Positions 47,338 through 55,036 of a stretch of 58,941 bases of DNA are shown one piece after another (positions within the stretch are counted from its first letter, which is position 1; every line of letters starts with the position of its first letter). Made by a program: the position numbers and the translations under genes. The stretch covers positions 1-58,941 of the forward strand of contig PFNQ01000028.1 of the NCBI GenBank assembly GCA_002792115.1. The letters are read 5' to 3'. A model generated the notes under the pieces. That model did no database searches. It was not told the DNA's origin and saw only the letters and a list, made by a program, of their open reading frames with translations. Origin of the DNA: Candidatus Woesearchaeota archaeon CG_4_10_14_0_2_um_filter_33_13 (GTDB lineage: Archaea; Nanobdellota; Nanobdellia; Woesearchaeales; GW2011-AR9).

Positions 47338-47682
47338 ATGGTTTCTAAAAAGGGACAAGGACTTTCCTTGACAACAATTATTGTAGCAGCTTTGGCTTTG
47401 ATTGTTTTAGTTGTTTTAGTAATGATTTTTACTGGAAGAATTGGAGTTTTTAATGAGGGATTAAGTAAAGAAGGACAGGCTGAAATAATTAAGATGAAAA
47501 TTCAATATGGCCAATGTAGACCTACTGCTACTAATGAAGTTACTTTTGATCAAAAGTTAACTGCTGCTGAATCAATTGAAACAAAAGAATTAGAGAAGGC
47601 TGCATTTTTAGATCAAATATCCCGATGTAAAGGGTTTTCAGATAAATCTGTTTGTGAAGGAAACGGCTGCATGTGGAGTTGA
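47338..47682 (+). CDS. Small pilin-like protein (114 aa), candidate major subunit
   Basis: MVSKKG|QGLSLTTIIVAALALIVLVVLVMIF. The start is set at ATG 47338 because GAGGTG lies 6 nt upstream. It is preceded by the largest internal intergenic gap among the small pilin-like genes, which contains TATA-like CATTTATATATAAAA (47263-47277). Confidence 0.7.
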   Translation: MVSKKGQGLSLTTIIVAALALIVLVVLVMIFTGRIGVFNEGLSKEGQAEIIKMKIQYGQCRPTATNEVTFDQKLTAAESIETKELEKAAFLDQISRCKGFSDKSVCEGNGCMWS

Positions 47683-47684
47683 AG

Positions 47685-48005
47685 ATGAATTCCAAAGCTG
47701 ATGCAAACATGTGGTGGATTATTATCGGGGCAGTCATTGCTCTGGTAGTAATGATTATCTTGATGGTTATCTTTACAGGAAAAACCGGGACTTTAGAAGG
47801 CGGACTTTCTGATTGTGAGGGCAAAGGTGGTTATTGTACAACAGAATCAGAATGTCCTCTAAACAGTTTTAGTTCTAGCGCCTTTAGTTGTACAGATGGG
47901 AAGAAATGTTGCATTGGCGCTCCAGAAAAATGTGTTGCTGGTACATGCAAAGATGAAAATAAACAAACTTGTAAAGATGGGTATTGTTATACTAAAACTA
48001 GCTAA
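47685..48005 (+). CDS. Small pilin-like protein (106 aa) with a Cys-rich C-terminal knot
   Basis: MNSKA|DANMWWIIIGAVIALVVMIILMVIF, then CEGKGGYCTTESECP...CTDGKKCCIGAPEKCVAGTCKDENKQTCKDGYC. The start is set at ATG 47685 (GGAG 8 nt upstream, 2 nt after the previous stop). Confidence 0.68.
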   Translation: MNSKADANMWWIIIGAVIALVVMIILMVIFTGKTGTLEGGLSDCEGKGGYCTTESECPLNSFSSSAFSCTDGKKCCIGAPEKCVAGTCKDENKQTCKDGYCYTKTS

Positions 48006-48008
48006 ACC

Positions 48009-48140
48009 ATGAACAATAAAGCTCAAGAAGGTTCCTCCCAAACGATTAAAGTAATCTTAATGACATTACTTGCAGTTTTGATGGGAGCTGCTTTTCTTTA
48101 TTTTGTCTGGAAAAAGATGTCCGGAAATTTTGCACCATGA
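48009..48140 (+). CDS. Micro-ORF (43 aa) consisting only of a pilin-like leader plus helix
   Basis: Not in the ORF track. MNNKA|QEGSSQTIKVILMTLLAVLMGAAFLYFVWKKMSGNFAP. Starts 3 nt after the previous stop and its stop overlaps the next start (ATGA). Confidence 0.55.
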   Translation: MNNKAQEGSSQTIKVILMTLLAVLMGAAFLYFVWKKMSGNFAP

Positions 48141-48283
48141 GAATTAACAAAAAAGGGTTGGAGATGCAACAACTGATTTTAATAGTTCTAGCAGTTATTC
48201 TCTTATTGTTTGTTATTGCTTGGTATTCTGGGTTGGGAGATGTAATCAAAGACTTGTTAAATAAATTTGGAAATATGTTATAA
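48137..48283 (+). CDS. Micro-ORF (48 aa) consisting only of a pilin-like leader plus helix
   Basis: Not in the ORF track. MRINKKG|LEMQQLILIVLAVILLLFVIAWYSGLGDVIKDLLNKFGNML. It has the same MRINKKG leader as 53663-54874. Its stop overlaps the next start (TAATG). Confidence 0.55.
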   Translation: MRINKKGLEMQQLILIVLAVILLLFVIAWYSGLGDVIKDLLNKFGNML

Positions 48284-50220
48284 TGGCAATGCAAAATAGG
48301 ATTGTGTTGTACTTGTTATTGTTGATTGTTTTTGTTCTCGTTGCCTATTGGGGGGTTGGTGGTTTGGATAGTGTTAAAGAACTAGTTGCTGGAGCAAAAG
48401 AATATGCCCCCGATATTAAAACAGGGTTAGATGAATTAGGTGCAGCCGAACAAATTCTTCCTCCGGCAATCCGTGACCAAGCTAAGAAATTGGAAGATGG
48501 ACTTTTAGCTATGGTGGCCGAAGGTTCTAGATCAAATTGTTTTCAGGATATTGGGGGATTTAGAGAAAATTTAGGAAAGGATGAAGAAGATACAGTTACA
48601 TTTCTCTTCACCTTTGATCCAAATGCAGAAGGAACTTGGGTAGACATCAACACCTACAAAAGTGTAACTTATAATCGTTTTTTCGTTCCGAAAATGAAAC
48701 CTTGTGTTATTGCTAAAGGAGATTTACCTAAGAAGTTTGTGCAGAAGTTTATTGATAACGATAAAAACATTGACTTAAGTTTAGAAATTGTTTCTGGTGT
48801 GAATATATATTACAATACAAAAAAATTGAATGGCAATGTGTTAAGAGTTATTCAGGAAGGTTGGCCTATTACTGCAGTTAATGACGAAAGTGATAATTAT
48901 CAAAGTGATGGAATTTTGTATAAGGGTAGTGATAATGAAATCTGCTTTATCCCAACAAATAAAGTTTACAATTATGACCAAGACGGAATTGACAATGATT
49001 ATGTAAATGATAAAGCTGATGAGGGAACAATTGCTTGGAAAGTTGCAACTGGAGTTTTGCCATCTTGCACTTCAGTTAACGGTTATGAAGCAATAGAATT
49101 GTTTGCCGATGATGATGCTAGTGCTGGAGAATTTGATTGCGAAATAAAATTCAAAAAAGATTCGCAGAAACAACTTCTTAAACCAATCCCTAATTTTGGA
49201 ACTACTTCGGGACAAGATGGAGATTGTTCTGATATTTTTAAAGACCATTTACTTAAAGAAGGAGTTTTAACTCTTCCCAAAGATGGTTGTTGGGCAATTA
49301 TTTCTGAGGATGACGACAGTGATTATAATGATTGTGGCTGGGTAGAAGTTGGTCCAGGAGAAATAATTCCTGGTAAGAATAAGAAAGGCACAAAACTCTA
49401 TCAACAAAGTGCTCCACGCTATGAAAACACTGATCCGTTATGTTTGTTAGAATTTTATAATTGGCGTATGCCCGATGAACTACAAGGAGAATTATTGTGT
49501 GATGGTTCTTCTCATAAATGGTATCAATGTGAAGATACTACCACAGGGATGGAAAAGAAGATGACAGTAAATGGTAAGGATGTTGTTTACACTTGTAATG
49601 GGGGAGGCGTTTGGTTCGTAAATAACACCGAACATTTGCCTTGGTTTACTTATGGTAGTATAGAACTATTTACGGATAATGATAATAGTTATCCTGGTAG
49701 TTGCGATACTCAAGATGCTAATATATACTTCGCTTGTGATGCTCGTGGAACAATGGGAGTGGTTAAGGAAACAGATTTTGGTTCTGGCACATTTAACTGT
49801 CCGACAGAGGATTATGATTGCAATAATTATGCTAAATCGCATTCTGGGAAAGTGGCTAATAGTTGTAATCTTTTCCTTTCTGAAGATGACAATAGTGGTA
49901 ATGATTGTGCCGATGCATCTGTGCCATTTGGAGAATGGGTAAATATGTACGCAGGAACATTCTATCATTGTGATGGGAATGAAAAGAATTGTGAGAAGGG
50001 GCCAAGTTACGTTGGTAAAGACTCTGATGACCATGGGCTTTGTCTATTAAGAAATAAGTGGATTGTCGAGAGGTATCCTGGAGATCTATTGTGTAGCAAT
50101 GTTGCTAACCAAAACTGGATCTTATGTGATAATAGAAAAGTGGGTAGTTATGTTGTTCTAAATGGAGAAACCCAATATTGTCAAAATAATGATGGTGACT
50201 ATCGGTTTATGAAAAAATGA
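48283..50220 (+). CDS. Cys-rich predicted extracellular protein (645 aa) with an N-terminal anchor and an internal tandem duplication
   Basis: MAMQNRIVLYLLLLIVFVLVAYWG. Two repeats of about 190 aa (about 49081-49650 and 49651-50217) share IELF.D.D.S, [GS]C..[IFL][IL]SEDD.S..DC, LCLL, [GD][ED]LLC, W..C[ED][DN] and NG....Y.C. Confidence 0.8.
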   Translation: MAMQNRIVLYLLLLIVFVLVAYWGVGGLDSVKELVAGAKEYAPDIKTGLDELGAAEQILPPAIRDQAKKLEDGLLAMVAEGSRSNCFQDIGGFRENLGKDEEDTVTFLFTFDPNAEGTWVDINTYKSVTYNRFFVPKMKPCVIAKGDLPKKFVQKFIDNDKNIDLSLEIVSGVNIYYNTKKLNGNVLRVIQEGWPITAVNDESDNYQSDGILYKGSDNEICFIPTNKVYNYDQDGIDNDYVNDKADEGTIAWKVATGVLPSCTSVNGYEAIELFADDDASAGEFDCEIKFKKDSQKQLLKPIPNFGTTSGQDGDCSDIFKDHLLKEGVLTLPKDGCWAIISEDDDSDYNDCGWVEVGPGEIIPGKNKKGTKLYQQSAPRYENTDPLCLLEFYNWRMPDELQGELLCDGSSHKWYQCEDTTTGMEKKMTVNGKDVVYTCNGGGVWFVNNTEHLPWFTYGSIELFTDNDNSYPGSCDTQDANIYFACDARGTMGVVKETDFGSGTFNCPTEDYDCNNYAKSHSGKVANSCNLFLSEDDNSGNDCADASVPFGEWVNMYAGTFYHCDGNEKNCEKGPSYVGKDSDDHGLCLLRNKWIVERYPGDLLCSNVANQNWILCDNRKVGSYVVLNGETQYCQNNDGDYRFMKK

Positions 50221-51422
50221 TTTCAATAATTAAAAAAGGATTGAACAAGAAAGGGATGACTGCAAGTTTTTTAGTAGGTTTAATCATTACGATAGTCTCA
50301 TTTATGATTATTGCTAATGTCATTTTTCAATTCTTAGGCAGTGCTGAAGATAAAGAAGCAGAACTGCTTTGTCATGATAGTCTTGCTTTAAGAGCATCAA
50401 CAACTATCCAGTTAAATCAAGGAAAGGATCAAGATTGGCATGATCTGCTAAGTGGTAATGTGAAAATGTCTCCTGTTTTATGTAAAACAATTGATATTAA
50501 ACTGAAAGGTACTCGAGAAGAGATTAAAAGAGCCTTTGCAGAAAAGATTGCCAGATGTTGGTGGATGTTTGGTGAAGGCAGATATGAAGAGATTCTTGAT
50601 ACCGGGGACTTAAATGTTGCGCCTTTCTTCTTGGGTGTGCATAATGAACCAAACCAATGTTTCAATTGTTACAATATTATGATTGATCAAGATGAGATTG
50701 TTGGGGATGATGAGGTTAAATGTGCAACTGAAGATTGTCCAATCTCTCCACAAGAGTTATTAAGATTTATGTGGGATAAAAGTCCATTAAAAGCAAGAGT
50801 AGAATGTAATAACAAAACAGATAAAAATTGTGTTTTTTGTAATATTGACAAAGAATGTAATTCCAATGGTGGAGACCTAAAATGCATTGATCATATCTGT
50901 GAAAAAGACATTGACATAAATTATTTGCAATATATTCAAAGTTATGGTGGTCCTGGAATGTTTATTAATATCATAGAAGAAGAAGGTCTTCAGGCTAGGC
51001 ACGCGTATTCAATTTCTATTCTTCCAAAAAACAAAGAGAAAGAACAAACTAACTGGTTAGCTTGGGTTGGTGGAGGGGTCGCGGTCTTAGGTATAGGTGC
51101 ATGTATTATTATCTCTGGTGGGGCATGTGCAGCAGCAGTAATCCCATTTATGTCAGTTACAGCTGCAGGAGGGACTGCAGTAGCAGCAGGAGCTGCAACG
51201 GTTGGTGTTGTAGGAGCAAAGGTAGCGGCGGGGGCCATAGCATATGATTACATCACTGCTCCAGATGCAAAATCTCCTCCTCAACTGGGAGCCACACTCA
51301 ATAGTGCAGCAAAAATTTCCATTGAAACTATGTTCAAAGAAAGAGAGCGTACTTCTGTTTATCTTAGTGAAACTAAGTATGGGCAAACTTATTGTGGTTC
51401 AGGAGATCTAGGCGGAGAATAA
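50217..51422 (+). CDS. Pilin-like-leader protein (401 aa) with a Cys-rich ectodomain and Gly/Ala-rich C-terminal membrane segments
   Basis: MISIIKKGLNKKG|MTASFLVGLIITIVSFMIIANVIF. The C-terminal region is WLAWVGGGVAVLGIGACIIISGGACAAAVIPFMSVTAAGGTAVAAGAATVGVVGAKVAAGAIAY. Confidence 0.75.
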   Translation: MISIIKKGLNKKGMTASFLVGLIITIVSFMIIANVIFQFLGSAEDKEAELLCHDSLALRASTTIQLNQGKDQDWHDLLSGNVKMSPVLCKTIDIKLKGTREEIKRAFAEKIARCWWMFGEGRYEEILDTGDLNVAPFFLGVHNEPNQCFNCYNIMIDQDEIVGDDEVKCATEDCPISPQELLRFMWDKSPLKARVECNNKTDKNCVFCNIDKECNSNGGDLKCIDHICEKDIDINYLQYIQSYGGPGMFINIIEEEGLQARHAYSISILPKNKEKEQTNWLAWVGGGVAVLGIGACIIISGGACAAAVIPFMSVTAAGGTAVAAGAATVGVVGAKVAAGAIAYDYITAPDAKSPPQLGATLNSAAKISIETMFKERERTSVYLSETKYGQTYCGSGDLGGE

Positions 51423-51438
51423 AAAGAGGCAAATAATT

Positions 51439-51747
51439 ATGAAACTGATAAAATCTAAAAAAGGCGCAACACAAATATGGTGGATTATTGTTACAGCACT
51501 TATTGCTATTTTAATTATGGTGTTTATCATCGTCTGGTTTAAAGGAAGTGGTGAGAAAGCTTATACTAGTGTTGATGATAAGATCGGCGAGTTAGGAGAT
51601 TGTGATAAAGATAATGTTGCCGGACTGTTTGATAAATGTCCCTGCGAAGCAGGAGATGTGAAGTATGACGGGTGTTCCCAAGGACAGAATGCTACCAGTT
51701 GTGAGGCTTCAAAAACAAGTGGAAAAATAGCAGATGGTTGTAAATAA
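51439..51747 (+). CDS. Small pilin-like protein (102 aa) with a Cys-rich, TSP3-like C-terminus
   Basis: MKLIKSKKG|ATQIWWIIVTALIAILIMVFIIVWF, then GDCDKDNVAGLFDKCPCE... The helix is paralogous to that of 47685-48005 (shared WWII motif). Confidence 0.7.
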   Translation: MKLIKSKKGATQIWWIIVTALIAILIMVFIIVWFKGSGEKAYTSVDDKIGELGDCDKDNVAGLFDKCPCEAGDVKYDGCSQGQNATSCEASKTSGKIADGCK

Positions 51748-51749
51748 AA

Positions 51750-52409
51750 ATGAACCGTAAAGGATTTTTAGCCAAAACATTATTTGTTTTGATTGTATCT
51801 ATTCTTATTTTTTCTACTTCTTGTTCCCTTGGAGCAAAATTCTTTCGTCTAAGTTCGCAAGCGAAAGATAATTTTGTTGCTTTTACAAATGAGATTGAAG
51901 ATTTGCAACAGAATGCTAAGGAAGGGGACAGAAGGAATAGTCTTCTGATAATTGATTCTGGAACTGTCGTTGCGTACTTTTCTGCCCCACAGTTAAAGGT
52001 TCATGTTGATGCTGCCTCTAAACCTGGCCAATATCTTTATGATTATGACATCTACTTAAGCAGGCCGATTGAGTGTGAAGAAGAAGGTATGCCTGGATGT
52101 TTTTGCTTATTCCGAGAAGTAGAAACAAAAGCTTCTTTTTCTGATAAAAGAGTTGACGTTATTCCTTTAAAATCAATCTGTGTGTCTCAAGAATTTTTAA
52201 TAATTTACGATAATTCTAGAAATAGTATTCCTGGTTGTGGAGTTGGTATTCCAAAAGAAGTTAATTCTTATCAATGTGATGGTGGTTTTTTAGTTGATAG
52301 AGGAGTGATCGGTGAAGCCGATTATGTTAAGGCCTTTTACGAAAATGGTAGAAGAATAAATTTTCTCATCCAAAAAGATCCCAACAATATTTTAATCTAC
52401 GAACAATAA
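51750..52409 (+). CDS. Pilin-like-leader protein (219 aa)
   Basis: MNRKG|FLAKTLFVLIVSILIFSTS. Starts 2 nt after the previous stop. Confidence 0.7.
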   Translation: MNRKGFLAKTLFVLIVSILIFSTSCSLGAKFFRLSSQAKDNFVAFTNEIEDLQQNAKEGDRRNSLLIIDSGTVVAYFSAPQLKVHVDAASKPGQYLYDYDIYLSRPIECEEEGMPGCFCLFREVETKASFSDKRVDVIPLKSICVSQEFLIIYDNSRNSIPGCGVGIPKEVNSYQCDGGFLVDRGVIGEADYVKAFYENGRRINFLIQKDPNNILIYEQ

Positions 52410-52410
52410 G

Positions 52411-52815
52411 ATGAACAAGAAAGGTTACGATTTAATCATGGTTATTTTTGAGGTTTTAGTAGTTGCTTCCGTCGTATTTATGTCTTTGCAAGTAGCGAAA
52501 GGTTATGCGGAATCAACTACCGTTGATAAGGTTAATACTGCAACAGATCTTGCTTTGATGGTTAACACTTTTGTAGGTACTCCCGGAGACAGTATTGTAG
52601 AATACCCAAAAAATGTTTCTCAATTTTCCATAGTTTTAAGTGATGGAGGAGTTAAGGTTTTTGTTAAGGGAGAAAGTGAAATAAAACAAGCTTCCCAAAC
52701 ATTTTATCTTCCAGAAAAATATTCCGCTGAAGGAATTACTGAAGAGGCTACTAAAATTTGTTTAAGAAAAGATGGCTATGTAATAACTTTGTTTGAGTGT
52801 GGTGTAAATGGCTGA
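52411..52815 (+). CDS. Pilin-like-leader protein (134 aa)
   Basis: MNKKG|YDLIMVIFEVLVVASVVFM. The DNA leader atgaacaagaaagg is repeated at 53302 and, as ttgaacaagaaagg, at 50244. Confidence 0.7.
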   Translation: MNKKGYDLIMVIFEVLVVASVVFMSLQVAKGYAESTTVDKVNTATDLALMVNTFVGTPGDSIVEYPKNVSQFSIVLSDGGVKVFVKGESEIKQASQTFYLPEKYSAEGITEEATKICLRKDGYVITLFECGVNG

Positions 52816-53287
52816 CGAAGAATTTGGCCCAACGAGGAAAGTAATCTATTGGATGTTGGCAGGTGTAGTTATTACTATGGTTGTTCTTGGATTTGCTATT
52901 ATGCTTGGAAATTATCGTAACAATTTAACACAAACACCAAAGGAAGTTAAGGCCGAGTTAGTGTCTTTAAGATTTGCAAATATCCCCGAATGTTTTGCTT
53001 ATGAAGATCCTGTCAATCTTCGCCCATATCCCGGAGTAATAGATGTGAATAAGTTTACTAAAGAACAGATGGATAAATGTTATCTTACTAATCCAGAGAT
53101 GGGATATAAAGATTTTAATTTTGGTCTAGAATTAAAGGGCCATAATCTAAAAGTGATTACCAACAATTATTATAACCAAGATAGTTTCACAATAGTCAAA
53201 AATGTTTTAGTTAAGGAAAAAGATGGTGCTACTACTGACGATATACTTTACGTATATGTGCAAGAAATAATTGGTGATCCCAAATGA
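52808..53287 (+). CDS. N-terminally anchored small protein (159 aa) of the same block
   Basis: MADEEFGPTRKVIYWMLAGVVITMVVLGFAIML. One N-terminal helix but no G/A at the -1 position. Overlaps the upstream gene by 8 nt. Confidence 0.6.
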   Translation: MADEEFGPTRKVIYWMLAGVVITMVVLGFAIMLGNYRNNLTQTPKEVKAELVSLRFANIPECFAYEDPVNLRPYPGVIDVNKFTKEQMDKCYLTNPEMGYKDFNFGLELKGHNLKVITNNYYNQDSFTIVKNVLVKEKDGATTDDILYVYVQEIIGDPK

Positions 53288-53652
53288 TTCGCCTGAAAAG
53301 AATGAACAAGAAAGGATGGTTTGATGACTTTTTCGACTTTTTATTTACTGTGGTTTCCGCTTTTTTTATTCTTATGTTTATGGGGATGATTTTGGTAGCA
53401 AGTACAGATAGGGTTGCTAAAGAATTGAAGAATCATGTTACCATTGTACAAGATACTGATGATTTCTTGGTTTTGGAAAGATCACAATTAGAGAAAGGTT
53501 ACTACTTAAAGGACTTAGATAGTCGTTACACTAGCATTAAAAGATATGGTTCAATAGAACGACAGATCAAAGAGAAGAGAGATTTTTATGCTGATAATCC
53601 TTATGTTGCGGGAGTAGATAGTGATGGGGATCCAATTCCTATTGTCGGTTAA
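53284..53652 (+). CDS. Pilin-like-leader protein (116-122 aa)
   Basis: (MIRLKR)MNKKG|WFDDFFDFLFTVVSAFFILMFMGMILV. ATG 53302 is an equally good start. Confidence 0.65.
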   Translation: MIRLKRMNKKGWFDDFFDFLFTVVSAFFILMFMGMILVASTDRVAKELKNHVTIVQDTDDFLVLERSQLEKGYYLKDLDSRYTSIKRYGSIERQIKEKRDFYADNPYVAGVDSDGDPIPIVG

Positions 53653-53662
53653 ATCTTAAAAA

Positions 53663-54874
53663 ATGAGAATAAACAAAAAAGGCGCATTTTTTCATTGGAT
53701 CATCTTTGGAGTAGTTGCAGCTATTGGGCTGTATTTTGTTTTATCCATTGATGTTAACGTTACTGGTCAGAACACTAAAGGGGTGTGGCAGTTAAGTTAC
53801 GTAAGAGCTACACAAGATGCACAAAAAGATCTTTTAGAAATAGACCAAACTGCAAGAAATGCAATCGCTCTAGCAGTTAATAACATCGGCAAGGAACAAT
53901 TGGCTAAGGATTTGGGTTGTGGAGTAGTGAAAGGTTACCCCGTGTGGAATAACAAAAAAGGTTTTTGTGAATTGAAGTTAGATGAAACAATAAAAGCCGA
54001 TATTAATAAATTAATAATAAATAAAACAAACGTTCCATATGAAGAAATAATCTATTCTGAAGGAGCAATAATTGGCAAAACAAATGAACGTAAAGTTATT
54101 GGAAGTTCTTTGGGTGTCATTCCAACTTCTACAAAAACAGCGGGTCTCTTTACAACTTATGAATCTTATCTTATCAAACCATTCGAGTTAAGGTATGAAT
54201 ATAACCCTGGATTTAGAGTTAAAGTTGGTTCTTCATTTGGCAAAGCTTATGAAACAATTAAAGAACAAGCTAAATCACTCTTAATTAATTGTAGTACAGA
54301 ACTAAATCTTAAAGATTGTCTTGATAAAAACAAACTCAATACGTGGCATTACACTTATTGTGAAAAAGATTATTTTGCTCAAGAAGGCCGTGTTGTACCT
54401 TTCTGTGTTAAAACTGATGGACAGGGAGACTATAAATTAGCTTTAGATTTCATTTCTGAAGGGACATTAGCAGTTACTGGCATATCTACTGAATTTGATA
54501 AAGACCAAAACTTGACCACCATTAGTTTTGAATTATATCCTGGAATCAAAGACTATACTATTTATTACACAAATTGGTTAATTGCCCAATCACAAATCCC
54601 TCCAGCTAAGAAAGCAGCAGAAATATTTTATACTATGCCTTCAGGAGAAGGATTTGATTATTTCCAAAAAAGTATTAACTTCTCGCTTGCTTCATTTGAC
54701 AACAATTGTCCTGTAAATAAAGAACCAAATAATGTGTACCTGTGTTCAAATATGGTGATGTATTCTTTTATTGATAACTCTCTGAATACTGGGAATTATT
54801 TATTTGCCGTAATCGCAATTCAAGATGCGCAAGAAACTACCATAACATCTTTCACTTCCTTAAATGTTAATTAA
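53663..54874 (+). CDS. Pilin-like-leader protein (403 aa), last gene of the block
   Basis: MRINKKG|AFFHWIIFGVVAAIGLYFVLS, then a soluble domain of about 370 aa with scattered Cys pairs. Confidence 0.72.
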   Translation: MRINKKGAFFHWIIFGVVAAIGLYFVLSIDVNVTGQNTKGVWQLSYVRATQDAQKDLLEIDQTARNAIALAVNNIGKEQLAKDLGCGVVKGYPVWNNKKGFCELKLDETIKADINKLIINKTNVPYEEIIYSEGAIIGKTNERKVIGSSLGVIPTSTKTAGLFTTYESYLIKPFELRYEYNPGFRVKVGSSFGKAYETIKEQAKSLLINCSTELNLKDCLDKNKLNTWHYTYCEKDYFAQEGRVVPFCVKTDGQGDYKLALDFISEGTLAVTGISTEFDKDQNLTTISFELYPGIKDYTIYYTNWLIAQSQIPPAKKAAEIFYTMPSGEGFDYFQKSINFSLASFDNNCPVNKEPNNVYLCSNMVMYSFIDNSLNTGNYLFAVIAIQDAQETTITSFTSLNVN

Positions 54875-55036
54875 ATTTATATTGAAGTTATATTAAAATG
54901 ATATTACTGACTACTCCTTTGAAAAAATTCAAAGAATTTTTCAAAGAATTATCCGTGTAATATATCCTTTACTATCTAAATCCTTATAAATAATTTTTAT
55001 CTCTACATTTTAACTGAAAAGGGTGGTGTTTTCAAA

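Noticed and set aside
50990-51386. Cluster of overlapping alternative-frame ORFs (82, 61 and 77 aa)
   Set aside because: They arise from the locally GC-rich Gly/Ala-codon patch of the 401-aa gene. Their Pro/Ala/Cys/Ser-rich translations are frame artefacts.
28509-54874. Diversity-generating retroelement targeting the giant surface proteins
   Set aside because: DGRs are known in small-genome archaea. However, no reverse transcriptase ORF is present and I did not see a template/variable repeat pair by eye. This cannot be excluded without a computational repeat search and the rest of the genome.
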